Positions 31,910-42,479 of a stretch of DNA of 44,045 nucleotides are shown here, piece by piece. The notes beneath the pieces were generated by a model. It had not been told where the DNA came from. It ran no database searches and saw nothing but the letters and a program-made list of their open reading frames with translations. Numbering within the stretch: position 1 is the first letter of the stretch; the number at the start of each line of letters is the position of its first letter. Source of the DNA: Candidatus Hydrogenedentota bacterium (lineage in GTDB: Bacteria; Hydrogenedentota; Hydrogenedentia; Hydrogenedentales; SLHB01); NCBI GenBank assembly GCA_045863335.1, contig BTVY01000052.1, positions 1-44,045 of the forward strand, in the 5' to 3' direction. Made by a program: the position numbers and the translations under genes.

Positions 31910-32227
31910 ATGGGTAATCTCATTGTCGCCTACCCGGACGGGTCGCTGCAGGACGCCGTTATCCGGATGCTGGAAAACGACGTGGGCCGGTTGCTCGTGG
32001 TTGACAAATCAAATCCTGGCCGACTTGCCGGCGACTTGGGGCGCGCCGAGGCGCTCAATGCTCGAAAATTGAGAATTCGCGACGAATCCCATCGAGAACA
32101 AGGATGGCTTCACGCATTTCGACTGGTAGCGCCGCGAACACAACATCTTGAATGTGTAAATTCTTCGGATTCCTCCTCTTACAGTCTATCACCGTCGCTC
32201 GAGGGTGATACAGACAAGCATGACTAA
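31910..32227 (+). pseudogene. CBS-domain C-terminal gene fragment
   Basis: LIVAYPD.SL.DA..RML.NDVGRL.VVD...P.RL.G resembles a single CBS repeat; no RBS and no upstream partner domain. Confidence 0.55.
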
Positions 32228-32367
32228 TCCAGCCATGCTGAGGCCCTGGTCAGGATTCGTCCTCTTTGTCGTTGCTGACGGGACGCACCCGAAGGGCGAT
32301 TTGTACATCGGCCCTTTTTCGGGAAACAAGGGAATGGTTGCAGGCAATCAGTGCATTGTTACGACTT

Positions 32368-34032
32368 CTAGATATTGGGAAGTAGATCGAAGTACTCATC
32401 ATCCTCATTCTTTCCTCCTTGCCCTTTGCCAAGCGACTTTTCACTTTCAACAAACTCAATTGACTCGATCCATTTTACCATCTTGAAACCGAGCTGATTC
32501 TCCACCCGCAGCCTCAAAGGAGCGCCGTAAATTTCGGTCAATGGCTCGTAGTTCATCTCGTATGCCAGAAGACATTCCGACTTCAAGACGTTGCTCAAGG
32601 TCTGCGTATCGTAATACCGACCTCCGTAGAGTCCTTCGCCAAACGAATTAAAGGACACGACCTTGGCTTCCGGCCTAGGTTTCACGAGTTCGACAATCTT
32701 CGACATCGGCACACCCGCCCAATGGGCAATGCCTGACCAGCCCTGGATGCAGTGGTGCAGACTGATTTGCTCCTGGCGCTCGAGATTTCGGAGGTCTTCA
32801 AGGGACAGGCTTACGGGTTCTTCCACAAGACCACCCACTTTCAATCGGAATCCTTTGAATCCATCTTCCGCTTGTCGTTTCCACTCGTCACTCTCGGGTA
32901 GCTTTCCGTTCGGCCAAAAAAAGGGAGAGATGTCGGCCTTGGTGTACCGCTCTTTTGGATGAAACTGATTGAGTACACCCAGAAAGGGTACGGCGAGAAA
33001 CCGGTGCAGGTGCTGCACTTTTCGAGGAAAGGTCCACGCAATGAAATGGGCAAATGCCCAGGACGCCACCACGCCTCCAATTGCAATCACACCGATGAAC
33101 ATGCCGGTTAGACTCTGATTGTCTGTCCCAAGGACGATGTGGTTCATATTCCGAGCGAAACCCGTGACAACAACGAGGCTGACGTGTACGACGAGAAAAT
33201 TGATGTATCCTACCAGCAGGAGAAAATGTAGAGAGCGGGCTGCCTGGCGTCCGCCAAACAGTTTCGGAAACCACGTGAAACGGTTATCAAGCGCGGGCGA
33301 CATCGCCATGCCGGTCAGCATCGATAGCGGAACCATGACAAAGATGACGCTAAAGTAGGCAAGCTGTTGAAGCGGGTTGTAATAATAGAAACCGTTCGGC
33401 TCAACCGGCATATGAAAGGTGACGTAATGAACGAACGTATTCCATGCGTTCGGAAAGAATTCCCATGATGTCGGTACAAGTCGCAGCCACTGATCCGTCA
33501 AGAACAACATCGCCACAAAGATGAACCCATTGATCAGGAATCCGTAGAGGCTGAGAAAGTGCCAAGACCTTGCCATTCCGATGGTGTGACGGTACCCTGG
33601 CAACGCCAGCAACGGGGAAACAAAGCGCGCATCATCCTTGGCGGTCCAGAGACGATCTTTGGGAACTGCGATCGGCGTAAAACGTATCCACTCACTGCCG
33701 GGCGTGCAATGGTGATTCCAATAAAGTCGCGGATGATCCGCCAGGATGGACAGTCCGCTACGGGCAAGCATCATGAGAAAAAAGAAATTGAAGAGGTGCG
33801 TGAGACGGAGCCACGCCGGGAATCCGTGCGGACTAGGAGGCAGGCTGGGATCGATAGAATAGTCTAACGGAACCGGCGCTAGCCCGAAAAGTAAGTATTG
33901 CAGCCAAGCCAGAAGAATTGGAATGGCAATGATAGCGCAGAGCGATACTATGGTCGAGCGGCTTATCCAGATATGAAAAGCGCGATCCTCGGGGAAATGT
34001 ATCGCACGGTGCGCGTGATTGAATTTTGGCAT
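32368..34032 (-). CDS. Cytochrome b/b6 domain fused to a sulfite-oxidase-family molybdopterin domain
   Basis: TM helices with heme-type His (RLTH, RSWHF, RSLHF, VVHV); L.VGGLVE.P, HHCIQGWS..A.W.G and GAPLRLR.E.QLGFK.VKW motifs. Confidence 0.88.
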   Translation of the reverse strand: MPKFNHAHRAIHFPEDRAFHIWISRSTIVSLCAIIAIPILLAWLQYLLFGLAPVPLDYSIDPSLPPSPHGFPAWLRLTHLFNFFFLMMLARSGLSILADHPRLYWNHHCTPGSEWIRFTPIAVPKDRLWTAKDDARFVSPLLALPGYRHTIGMARSWHFLSLYGFLINGFIFVAMLFLTDQWLRLVPTSWEFFPNAWNTFVHYVTFHMPVEPNGFYYYNPLQQLAYFSVIFVMVPLSMLTGMAMSPALDNRFTWFPKLFGGRQAARSLHFLLLVGYINFLVVHVSLVVVTGFARNMNHIVLGTDNQSLTGMFIGVIAIGGVVASWAFAHFIAWTFPRKVQHLHRFLAVPFLGVLNQFHPKERYTKADISPFFWPNGKLPESDEWKRQAEDGFKGFRLKVGGLVEEPVSLSLEDLRNLERQEQISLHHCIQGWSGIAHWAGVPMSKIVELVKPRPEAKVVSFNSFGEGLYGGRYYDTQTLSNVLKSECLLAYEMNYEPLTEIYGAPLRLRVENQLGFKMVKWIESIEFVESEKSLGKGQGGKNEDDEYFDLLPNI

Positions 34033-34068
34033 AGTATACTCCGAATGCGTGTAGTGGTTCGCCCACAG

Positions 34069-34437
34069 CTATTTCACTTTTGCGGGTTTCTTCAGGTGAA
34101 CGTCCAGGTAGGCCTTCAAGGCAACCACGTTGTTGTGCTCGGTGTCGTGAGAACTAAACAGCAACGTCACGTCGTTCTTTTTAGCCGTTTCGATAATCGG
34201 TTGCCACGCTTCGACATGTTCGTCGAGTTCGGCTTGGTAGCGTTGCTGAAACTTCTCCCACTTGGACCCATCATGATTGAACCATTTCCGCAACTCGGTG
34301 CTGGGTGCGACATCTCTAATCCATCCGTCGATCTTGAGATTCTCCTTCTTTATGCCGCGCGGCCATAACCGTTCGACGAGAAAGCGAACGCCATCTGCCT
34401 TCGCCGGCGGATCGTAAACCCGTTTGATGTGGATCAT
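34069..34437 (-). CDS. DUF488 (YeaO-like) protein, second paralogue
   Basis: IKRVYDP....DG.R.LVERLWPRGI.KE, APS.ELRKWF.HD and HNNVVALK motifs; AAGGAG RBS. Confidence 0.9.
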   Translation of the reverse strand: MIHIKRVYDPPAKADGVRFLVERLWPRGIKKENLKIDGWIRDVAPSTELRKWFNHDGSKWEKFQQRYQAELDEHVEAWQPIIETAKKNDVTLLFSSHDTEHNNVVALKAYLDVHLKKPAKVK

Positions 34438-34465
34438 AATGTTCTCCTTCGATACACAGACCAAA

Positions 34466-37324
34466 TCAGCTTTGTACCTGCCTCTCAACGGGACATCCGG
34501 TGTCCTGCCCCTGGGCGAGTAGCTGTTCGAGCACATAGGGCAGGATTCCACCGGCGGAGAAGTAAGCGACTTCGATCGGCGTATCTATCCGCAGTAGCAG
34601 TGGCACTGACTCGCGCCAGCCGTCCTGGCGTTCTATGTGTAATTCCGCCTTCTGACGCGGGCGAAGAGATTCACCGATCGCAACATCGAATTGTTCGCTG
34701 CCGTCAAGTGCGAGGGTTTGTGCGCTCACGCCTTCCGGAAGCTGACAGGGAAGGACGCCCATCCCAATCAGATTCGACCGGTGAATTCGCTCAAATCCGC
34801 GCGCTATCACCGCGCGCACGCCGAGCAGCCGGGTACCCTTGGCTGCCCAGTCGCGTGAGCTGCCCGCTCCGTAGTCCTGCCCGGCAATCACGATCAAGGG
34901 CACACCCTCGGCGCGGTACCGCTCTGCGGCGTCGTACATGCCCATGCGCTCGCCGTCCGGCTGATGCAGGGTGACGCCGCCCTCAACGCCTGGTGCCATG
35001 AGGTTCCGAATGCGAACGTTGGCAAAGGTCCCGCGAACCATGATCTCGTGGTTGCCTCGACGCGCTCCGTAGCTATTGAAGTCCTGCGTCGAAATACCCC
35101 GATCGTGCAGGTAGTCGCCGGCTGAAGAGGTGGCGCCGATCGCGCCCGCCGGGCTGATGTGGTCCGTTGTGATCGAATCGCCGAAAATAGCCAGTGTCCG
35201 CGCTCCGGAGAATCCAGCGGCGGGGGCCGCCGCCATCGAACGATTGAAATACGGCGGCTCGCGGATATAGAGCGACTCAGGATCCCATTCGTAGAGGCGC
35301 CCCGTCCCTGCCGGAATTTCATTCCACAAAGGGTTCTGGCCGGCGAAACCGGCATATACGCGCCGGTAATCGCCAGGATCATACGCGGCTTCAAGGAGTG
35401 CATCGATTTCCTGCGCGGCCGGCCATATATCGCGCAGATACACTTCGCGTCCGTCGATGCTCACGAGCGGTTCGCGTGTGAGATCAATGTCAACTCGGCC
35501 GGCGATCGCGAACGCCACGACCAGCGGCGGGCTCATCAGGAAGTTCGCTTTTACACTCTGGTGAATGCGCGCTTCGAAATTGCGGTTTCCCGACAGCACG
35601 CTAGCGGCAATGATGTCGTTCTTCGTGACCGTTTCCTCGATTCGGTGATCGAGCGGTCCGGAGTTTCCGATGCACGTGGTGCAGCCGAATCCAACGACAT
35701 TGAACCCGAGCCGGTCGAGGAATGGCTGCAAGCCGGTTTTCGTAAGGTACTCGCTCACGGCGCGCGAACCGGGCGCGAGCGAGGTCTTCACCCACGGCTT
35801 GACGGTGAGTCCCTGCTCGACCGCTTTTTTCGCCAACAGCCCCGCGGCCAGCATCACCGCTGGATTTGAAGTGTTGGTACAGGAGGTGATGGCCGCGATC
35901 ACCACGTCGCCGTGCGTCAGGTTGGCCGCCGGGGGCCGCTCCGAAAGCCAGCCCGGCCGGTCGACACGGTTCGGCGTGGGCCGGTTATCCATCATCTCTA
36001 TCTCGGTCAGAGTATTGGTGTCTGTGACGCGTCCGTCCGGGACCGCGTCATCCGGCTGTTGGCCGCCACTGGGCCGTGGTTCCATTTCGTTCGCAAGTCG
36101 AACCTCCGTGCGGCGGGCGGCGTCCGGCTTGTCAAAGCCATCTTGGCTGGTCAGTAGCGCGAGGAATCGTTCCTTGAGTTGGCCGAGTAGGATCCGGTCC
36201 TGTGGGCGTTTGGGACCGGCTACCGATGGTTCGACCGAGGCGAGATCCACGTCGAGCACCGTCGAGTAGTCACAATCGCCTTGCGCGGGCATACCAAACA
36301 GCCCCTGTGCCTGGTAATAACGGCGTACCGTCTCTACGTGCTCGTCGCTGCGGCCAGTTGCCAGGAGATAGCGGCAAGTCTGTTCGTCTACCGGAAAGAA
36401 ACCGACCGTCGCGCCGTATTCGGGAGCCATGTTCCCGATAGTGGCGCGATCCGGCACCGAGAGGCTTGCGGCCCCTTCGCCGTAGTATTCGACAAATTTG
36501 CCGACCACGCGTGTCTGCCGTAAACGCTCCGTGACATACAGCACCAGGTCCGTGGCGGTCACCCCCTCACAAAGCCGGCCGTGGAGATGGACGCCCACGA
36601 CGTCCGGCAGGAGAAAATAGACGGGCTGGCCAAGCATTGCCGCCTCGGCCTCTATCCCGCCGACGCCCCAACCGAGGACCCCAAGGCCGTTGACCATGGG
36701 CGTGTGCGAGTCCGTGCCGACCAGAGTGTCGGGATACAATACGCCGTCCTTTTCGAGAACGCCGCGCGCGAGGAACTCGAGGTTCACCTGGTGGCAGATG
36801 CCAAATCCCGGCGGGACAATCCGCAATCCGTCAAAGGCCTGCGTTCCCCATTTGAGGAACCGGTACCGCTCGTTGTTTCGGTGAAACTCCATCTCCATGT
36901 TGAGGGCCAGGGCCTCGTTGCGACCGAAGTAGTCGACCTGCACGGAGTGATCGATGACGAGATCGACGGGAACCAAGGGCAGCACCCGTTCGACGTCAAG
37001 GCCCCGGCGCGCCACCTCCGCGCGCATCGCGGCGAGATCCACAAGAAGCGGGACTCCCGTGAAGTCCTGCAACAGCACGCGACCGACAACGAAGGGTACC
37101 TCGGCCGTCCGGGCGGCGCCGGGCTGCCACCGGACGAGCGCTTCGACGTCCCCATCAGAAATGCGTTGCCCGTCCCATCCGCGCAGTACGGATTCGAGGA
37201 GGATCCGGAGGCTTACCGGCAACCGCGAGATGTCCCCAACCCCGTTCTTCTCCAACTGGGGAAGCGAGTAGTATGTGGCGGAGGCTCCGGAGGGGAGTGA
37301 TAATCGTTGGCGCACATCGATCAT
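34466..37324 (-). CDS. acnA: Aconitate hydratase A
   Basis: [58 protein letters not shown] and [10 protein letters not shown] motifs; AAGGAAGG RBS. Confidence 0.96.
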   Translation of the reverse strand: MIDVRQRLSLPSGASATYYSLPQLEKNGVGDISRLPVSLRILLESVLRGWDGQRISDGDVEALVRWQPGAARTAEVPFVVGRVLLQDFTGVPLLVDLAAMRAEVARRGLDVERVLPLVPVDLVIDHSVQVDYFGRNEALALNMEMEFHRNNERYRFLKWGTQAFDGLRIVPPGFGICHQVNLEFLARGVLEKDGVLYPDTLVGTDSHTPMVNGLGVLGWGVGGIEAEAAMLGQPVYFLLPDVVGVHLHGRLCEGVTATDLVLYVTERLRQTRVVGKFVEYYGEGAASLSVPDRATIGNMAPEYGATVGFFPVDEQTCRYLLATGRSDEHVETVRRYYQAQGLFGMPAQGDCDYSTVLDVDLASVEPSVAGPKRPQDRILLGQLKERFLALLTSQDGFDKPDAARRTEVRLANEMEPRPSGGQQPDDAVPDGRVTDTNTLTEIEMMDNRPTPNRVDRPGWLSERPPAANLTHGDVVIAAITSCTNTSNPAVMLAAGLLAKKAVEQGLTVKPWVKTSLAPGSRAVSEYLTKTGLQPFLDRLGFNVVGFGCTTCIGNSGPLDHRIEETVTKNDIIAASVLSGNRNFEARIHQSVKANFLMSPPLVVAFAIAGRVDIDLTREPLVSIDGREVYLRDIWPAAQEIDALLEAAYDPGDYRRVYAGFAGQNPLWNEIPAGTGRLYEWDPESLYIREPPYFNRSMAAAPAAGFSGARTLAIFGDSITTDHISPAGAIGATSSAGDYLHDRGISTQDFNSYGARRGNHEIMVRGTFANVRIRNLMAPGVEGGVTLHQPDGERMGMYDAAERYRAEGVPLIVIAGQDYGAGSSRDWAAKGTRLLGVRAVIARGFERIHRSNLIGMGVLPCQLPEGVSAQTLALDGSEQFDVAIGESLRPRQKAELHIERQDGWRESVPLLLRIDTPIEVAYFSAGGILPYVLEQLLAQGQDTGCPVERQVQS

Positions 37325-37480
37325 GATTTCCTTCCTTTGCGGGACTACATTAAACAACCACAGCCCCGCTATCGGCTCCGTGACGCGGAACGTCCGGTTG
37401 GCGGATCTTGTGCGGCCTCTCGGCACGCACAGTCGACTGACACGGCTCGCAGCCGTCTCCAATCAAGTCGATGTTCGAGT

Positions 37481-38221
37481 TTAGTACCCGCTAAAGTCTT
37501 CCGCTCGGACGTTGCCAGGGTTCACGCCCCGTTCGGCGAGGAGCGCCCGCATGCTGTCAACAAATCGAGGCGGACCAACAACATAATAAACCGGTGAAAT
37601 CGCATCGGCTACGTGCTTTGCGAACAGTTCCCAACTGAGGTGTTCGGTGCAACCGGTCCACTCTTGCCGGGACTCTTTCAAGCGGGTCATGCTTGCTACC
37701 AGTTGGTAGTGAGGATTAACGCTCTGTAAATCAGTCAATTCGTCGAGAAACAGCGCGTCTTCAGGTTTATGGTTCGAGTAAAAAAGAACTGTCCGCAGCG
37801 GCAGCTCTTTCCACGCTGCGGAAACAAGAATGCTCCGGACCGGCGTAATACCGATGCCGCCGACTACAAACACGGCTGTTTGCGCCGTGCCAATATCCAT
37901 CGCGAAACTGCCGCCGGGACCATCAATTCTCACTTCCGAATTCAGTTCCAATTGCGAAAGCCGCTGTTTGAATACAGTGTTGCGCAATCGGGTCGCCACC
38001 ATGAGAAAGTTCTCGTGAGGTGCGCTTGCAATCGACAAGGTACGGCTTTCTCCCGGCGCGTTAGCGTCGAGAGGATCCGGCAAGGTCAGCGTGAGATATT
38101 GCCCGGGGCGAAATGTGAAACTCGCGGGCTTCTCGAATTTCAGCGCGAGGGTCTGCGACGCGGCGATGGATCGTTCTGTCAGTTTGAGCCGGTAAACGGT
38201 TGTGCCAGTTTGTGAGGCCAT
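37481..38221 (-). CDS. FNR-like FAD/NAD(P)-binding oxidoreductase
   Basis: F.F.PGQY, R.LSIAS.P, GP.G.F, GGIGITP, GPP and E.F.GY motifs. Confidence 0.9.
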   Translation of the reverse strand: MASQTGTTVYRLKLTERSIAASQTLALKFEKPASFTFRPGQYLTLTLPDPLDANAPGESRTLSIASAPHENFLMVATRLRNTVFKQRLSQLELNSEVRIDGPGGSFAMDIGTAQTAVFVVGGIGITPVRSILVSAAWKELPLRTVLFYSNHKPEDALFLDELTDLQSVNPHYQLVASMTRLKESRQEWTGCTEHLSWELFAKHVADAISPVYYVVGPPRFVDSMRALLAERGVNPGNVRAEDFSGY

Positions 38222-38358
38222 TGAAACTATCCCTTTCTATCTGTGGCGGGCTGTGTAAAGACTACACCGCAATTTCGGCCTGACGGTATCGCGATCCGCC
38301 ACTTCTGGACCTGAAGTATGTCAATTTGTGGTTCCCGCGCCTGGGCGCGCGTTTTCTC

Positions 38359-38730
38359 TCACAGTGTCTGCGTGGCGGAAAGGATTGTTATCTCCATGGC
38401 CGCCCTCACCCAAGGAAATTTCTCCTTGACGAAATCAAACGACTTACCCGATTTTATGAAAGCCGCCGTGCCCTTGATCAGGAACCCAGCGCCGGGGCCG
38501 TGGTGTCCCCGCACCTCGCGGCTCCCAAGAGTCATAAGAATATTGTTGTCTTTCTCTATATTGGCTTCCGTACGCAACATGCCGCCAACCGGCAACAAGA
38601 GATGTCCCTCTCGGGTGACATGGATATAGCTGTTCCAAGTGTTTACCAAGTGCGGGCCTTCGACGCCCATTGTGGAGATCGCAACCACCCCTTCGTATTC
38701 TAGAATCTGAGTCATCTTGTCGGGGATCAT
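38359..38730 (-). CDS. FMN-binding split-barrel protein (Desulfovibrio FMN-bp/PNPOx-like)
   Basis: EGVVAI.T.G..GPHLVNTWNSY, PVGGM..TEAN, MTLGSR.V.G..GPG.GFLI.G and terminal QTL match the FMN-bp pattern. Confidence 0.88.
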   Translation of the reverse strand: MIPDKMTQILEYEGVVAISTMGVEGPHLVNTWNSYIHVTREGHLLLPVGGMLRTEANIEKDNNILMTLGSREVRGHHGPGAGFLIKGTAAFIKSGKSFDFVKEKFPWVRAAMEITILSATQTL

Positions 38731-38742
38731 ATGCGAGCCTCC

Positions 38743-39213
38743 TTATGTTTTGCGCGCCGTGGGTTGATAGGTTCCCGGAACGGTGCGGAACGCAATTGCC
38801 AGCCGGTTCCACCCATTTATTGCGACAATCGCCAAGGTGAGATCTACGAGTTCCGCCTCCGTAAACTGCTGGCTGGCCACTTCGAAGACCGTCTCCGGCA
38901 CGTGTCCAGCGCTTACCAGTGTTACTGCTTCCGTCCAAGCCAAGGCGGCGCGTTCGCGCGCTGAGAAGAAAGGAGTTTCCGCCCAGGCCGAAAGCGCGTA
39001 CAGCCGCTGCTCGGTTTCGCCGCCAACGCGGGCATCCTTGGTGTGCATGTCGATGCAATAGGCGCATCCATTGAGCTGCGATGCTCGAGTCTTGACCAGT
39101 TCGAGTAGCGATTGCTCCAACCCGCACTGATGGACGTAGTTTTCGAGCCCCCACATCGCTTTGATGGCGTTCGGGCTCGTCTCTTTGTAATCGATGCGTG
39201 ATTTCAAGAGCAT
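38743..39213 (-). CDS. Carboxymuconolactone decarboxylase/AhpD family protein, second paralogue
   Basis: RASQLNGCAYCIDMH and INGWNRL motifs; closely similar to 22734-23213; exact start uncertain. Confidence 0.92.
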   Translation of the reverse strand: MLLKSRIDYKETSPNAIKAMWGLENYVHQCGLEQSLLELVKTRASQLNGCAYCIDMHTKDARVGGETEQRLYALSAWAETPFFSARERAALAWTEAVTLVSAGHVPETVFEVASQQFTEAELVDLTLAIVAINGWNRLAIAFRTVPGTYQPTARKT

Positions 39214-39240
39214 TCTCCTCGTCATAACGCGCGGCTTGCG

Positions 39241-40992
39241 TTAGTTCGCCTTTGTTTTCGCCTCATAAAGGCACTTCTTTATCTGCTCGACGGTGTCCAG
39301 TTGCAGCACAAATCGAGCCCATTCTTCGGCGTGCTGCACGTTTGTCGAACGTATTGCGTTCTTGATCTCCAAAATCTCGGCTGGGCTAACACTGAGTTTC
39401 CTGAACCCTAATCCGAGCAACAGGGCGGTATAAGCGGGGTTGCCGGCCATCTCCCCGCAGATAGAGATGCTCTTGCCGGCGGCCACAGCCGCCGACGCCA
39501 GTAACGAGAGGACTTCCAGTACCGCGGGATGGAGTGGCTCATAATATGGAGACATTGCGCTGCTCATCCGGTCCGTAGTTAATAGGTACTGCACCAGGTC
39601 ATTGGTGCCAATACTAAGAAAATCAACTTCCGAGACAAGCCGGTTAATCATGATGGCTGCGGCCGGTGTCTCAATCATCGCACCAATCAGAATGTCTGGG
39701 TTAAACGACTGACTCTCCGCCGACAGGCTCTCCTTCGCGTTCGCGACGGCTGTCTTGGCGGCACGCATATCTTCTATGTCCCCGACCATGGGAAAAAGAA
39801 TAGAAACCGGATGAGTGGCGCTCAGACGTAGAATCGCGCGCAGTTGCGATCGCAGAATCTCGGGATGCGCCAATAGCAACCGGGTACCACGACGCCCCAA
39901 CGGCGGATTCGATTCATGAGGCAAGGGAAAGTATGGGAGTACCTTATCGCTTCCGATGTCCAAGACCCGAATTACGACTTCGCGCGGCTCCAATCGGGCT
40001 GCCGCTCCGCGGTACATTTGGTACTGCTCTTCTTCGGAGGGGAAATGATCCTGCACGAGAAAGACAAACTCGGTGCGGTAAAGCCCGACACCATCGGCAT
40101 TCAACTTGGCTGCCGTAACGCTATCCGCCGACTTGCCAATATTTGCGCAGAGTTGGATTGGAATTCCATCGAGCGTTACCGCCGGAACGTGAATTAGACT
40201 TTCCAGAGCGGTTTGGTGAGCACGAAGATCTTTCCCGAGTTGGTCGTACTCCCGCGCAACTTCGGGGGAAGGATTGACAAACACTCGACCTGCCAATCCG
40301 TCTACGATGAGTTCGTCACCCTGTCGTATCCTCGATGTGGCGTCGGGAACGTTGAGCAGGAACGGAATACCGTGGGCGCGGGCGAGTATTGTAGCGTGGG
40401 CTGTTTGGCCGCCTGTCTCGGCCACCAATCCACGAATTTTTCGAGTACTCAATTGCGCCATTACGGAGGGTAACAATTCGGTAGTAACGATGATGCTTTC
40501 ATCGGGAATAGTAGGGACGTTCGTAAAATGGCTCGTTACCAAAGCATCTAGTATCCGCTTACCAAGGTCCCTAAGGTCAGCCGCTCGCTCATGGAAATAG
40601 GGATCTTCGATGCGGACGAACGAAGATACTAATTTCGCTACGGCCTCATCAACGGCGGCCTCCACGTTGACTCTTTCGATGAGGCAACGTGTTCTAATTT
40701 CCTCGCGCAACGAAGGGTCGTGTAACAGAGCGATCTGGACGTCAAGAATGCGAGATTCTTGCTTGCCGATCTCCCGCAGAACCACCTGTTGCAACTTTAA
40801 TAAATCCCGTTCAACGATGGGAACAGCGGCATCGAAGCGATCTATTTCCTTCTGAGGATCATGACCATCTATTACCTGTCGCGGCACGGAATTGTGTCCG
40901 ACGCATCCGCACACGAACGCCTGGCCACGGGCCACGCCAGGAGAGGCCACCTCGCAAACGATCATTATTGATGTTTTCTCGCTATCCGTCAT
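39241..40992 (-). CDS. ptsI: Phosphoenolpyruvate-protein phosphotransferase (PTS enzyme I)
   Basis: ERAADLRD, GG.TAHATILAR (phospho-His), GVGLYRTEF, R.LDIG.DK, MIETP, SIGTNDL.QY and ICGEMAG motifs; no GAF domain. Confidence 0.92.
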   Translation of the reverse strand: MTDSEKTSIMIVCEVASPGVARGQAFVCGCVGHNSVPRQVIDGHDPQKEIDRFDAAVPIVERDLLKLQQVVLREIGKQESRILDVQIALLHDPSLREEIRTRCLIERVNVEAAVDEAVAKLVSSFVRIEDPYFHERAADLRDLGKRILDALVTSHFTNVPTIPDESIIVTTELLPSVMAQLSTRKIRGLVAETGGQTAHATILARAHGIPFLLNVPDATSRIRQGDELIVDGLAGRVFVNPSPEVAREYDQLGKDLRAHQTALESLIHVPAVTLDGIPIQLCANIGKSADSVTAAKLNADGVGLYRTEFVFLVQDHFPSEEEQYQMYRGAAARLEPREVVIRVLDIGSDKVLPYFPLPHESNPPLGRRGTRLLLAHPEILRSQLRAILRLSATHPVSILFPMVGDIEDMRAAKTAVANAKESLSAESQSFNPDILIGAMIETPAAAIMINRLVSEVDFLSIGTNDLVQYLLTTDRMSSAMSPYYEPLHPAVLEVLSLLASAAVAAGKSISICGEMAGNPAYTALLLGLGFRKLSVSPAEILEIKNAIRSTNVQHAEEWARFVLQLDTVEQIKKCLYEAKTKAN

Positions 40993-41187
40993 GCGCTCAC
41001 GCTATTCCAATACTCGGTGCGGGACTTTGTGCCCTGGTTCCCCGTCACGTCCAGCTGTTATGGCGGCATCTACTCCGGTTGATTTTATGCGCGTCATCAA
41101 AATTGCACGCCTATCTCCGGCGCGTTCCCCAAAAAACAGGTCCAGTTGGAGTGAGAGGAACCGACCAACTGGCGCTACGCGTGAGTT

Positions 41188-42456
41188 TCATTGGGGAATC
41201 CTCGTAATAAGGCGTGCGGTCTTGTTCCACGTTAGGTAACTCCATCCCCATTGCACAAACACAAGAAGACGGGCCTCGAATAGCACCAACTTCATGAGAT
41301 GGACAAACAGCCAGAATACCCACGCCAGGTGCCCGGGCAAACACACGCCGCCAATCCTCGCCACCGCGAGCCGCCGCCCAACAGTGGCCATCATGCCATA
41401 GTCGCGATAATGAAATGGGGGCATCAACTGCCCAGAGAGGCGGCGCTTTATAGAGATTCCGACATAGCGGCCTGCCTGGGCGGCAACGGGAGCAATGGCC
41501 GGCAGAACTGTGCCGTCACTTATTCCGACACTGGCGAGGTCACCAATAATGAAGATCTCTGGATGCTTCGATAGGGCCAGATCCGGCCCAACAGCAATGC
41601 GGCCAATTCTATCCTGTTCAGCGCCTGAATCTCGGGCAAGCTGATCGGCCAAGCGAGATGCCTTAATACCCGCTGCCCACAGGACGGTTCGTGCTTGGAT
41701 ACGCTCATTCCTGTCTGGGGTCTGAAGCGTAACTCCGTCATTGTCGATATCGAGAATAGTCGCACCCGTTTGCAGCTCGACATTGAGGTCCCGCAGGTAT
41801 CCCGCAGCCTTCCGCGATAGTTCTGCCGGGTAGGGAGGCAGCACACGATCGTTTTGTTCAACTAAAACGATGCGTGCATCGCTGGGTTCAATACTTCTGA
41901 ATTCGTTCGTGAGCGTATAGCGCGCAATCTCGGCGAGTGCACCGGCCAACTCGACGCCCGTCGGGCCGCCCCCTACGATGACGAATGTAAGTAATGCCTG
42001 GCGTGCGTCAGGATCTGGCTCGAATTCGGCGCGTTCAAACGCGGACAGGATCTGCGCGCGCATCTCCGTCGCATCTTCGACGCTCTTCAGGCCTTGCGCG
42101 CGTAATGCCCACGTGTCTTTCCCAAAGTAACTCGTCTCCGAACCCACCGCCATGATCAACGTGTTATACGTAATTGCGTCGTCCAATAGCTTGACACGAC
42201 GCCCCTCTACATCGATTCCCTTCACTTCCCCTAGCCGGACATTAACGTTGGGTTGGCGCCTGAATACATGTCGTAGCGGAGCGGCAATGTTGGCGGGCGA
42301 CAATCCTCCTGTCGCTACTTGATAAAGTAGTGGCTGGAACAGGTGGTAGTTGTTCTTGTCAACGAGAGTAATATCTACCGGCGCCCGACGCAGCGCTCGC
42401 GCCGCGGCTAATCCGGCAAATCCGCCTCCTGCAATAACTACCTTGTGTTTGCTCAT
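41188..42456 (-). CDS. ndh: Type II NADH dehydrogenase-like NAD(P)/FAD oxidoreductase
   Basis: GGGFAGL, HLFQPLLYQVATG, VGGGPTGVELAG, WAAG, GD and F.Y.D.G.MATVGR motifs. Confidence 0.9.
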   Translation of the reverse strand: MSKHKVVIAGGGFAGLAAARALRRAPVDITLVDKNNYHLFQPLLYQVATGGLSPANIAAPLRHVFRRQPNVNVRLGEVKGIDVEGRRVKLLDDAITYNTLIMAVGSETSYFGKDTWALRAQGLKSVEDATEMRAQILSAFERAEFEPDPDARQALLTFVIVGGGPTGVELAGALAEIARYTLTNEFRSIEPSDARIVLVEQNDRVLPPYPAELSRKAAGYLRDLNVELQTGATILDIDNDGVTLQTPDRNERIQARTVLWAAGIKASRLADQLARDSGAEQDRIGRIAVGPDLALSKHPEIFIIGDLASVGISDGTVLPAIAPVAAQAGRYVGISIKRRLSGQLMPPFHYRDYGMMATVGRRLAVARIGGVCLPGHLAWVFWLFVHLMKLVLFEARLLVFVQWGWSYLTWNKTARLITRIPQ

Positions 42457-42479
42457 TGCCACTCGGCTATACCCTCGGT

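Noticed and set aside
35940-36120. ~50-aa insertion in AcnA as an intein or mobile insert
   Set aside because: No intein terminal residues; it lies in a linker region that is variable among AcnA proteins.
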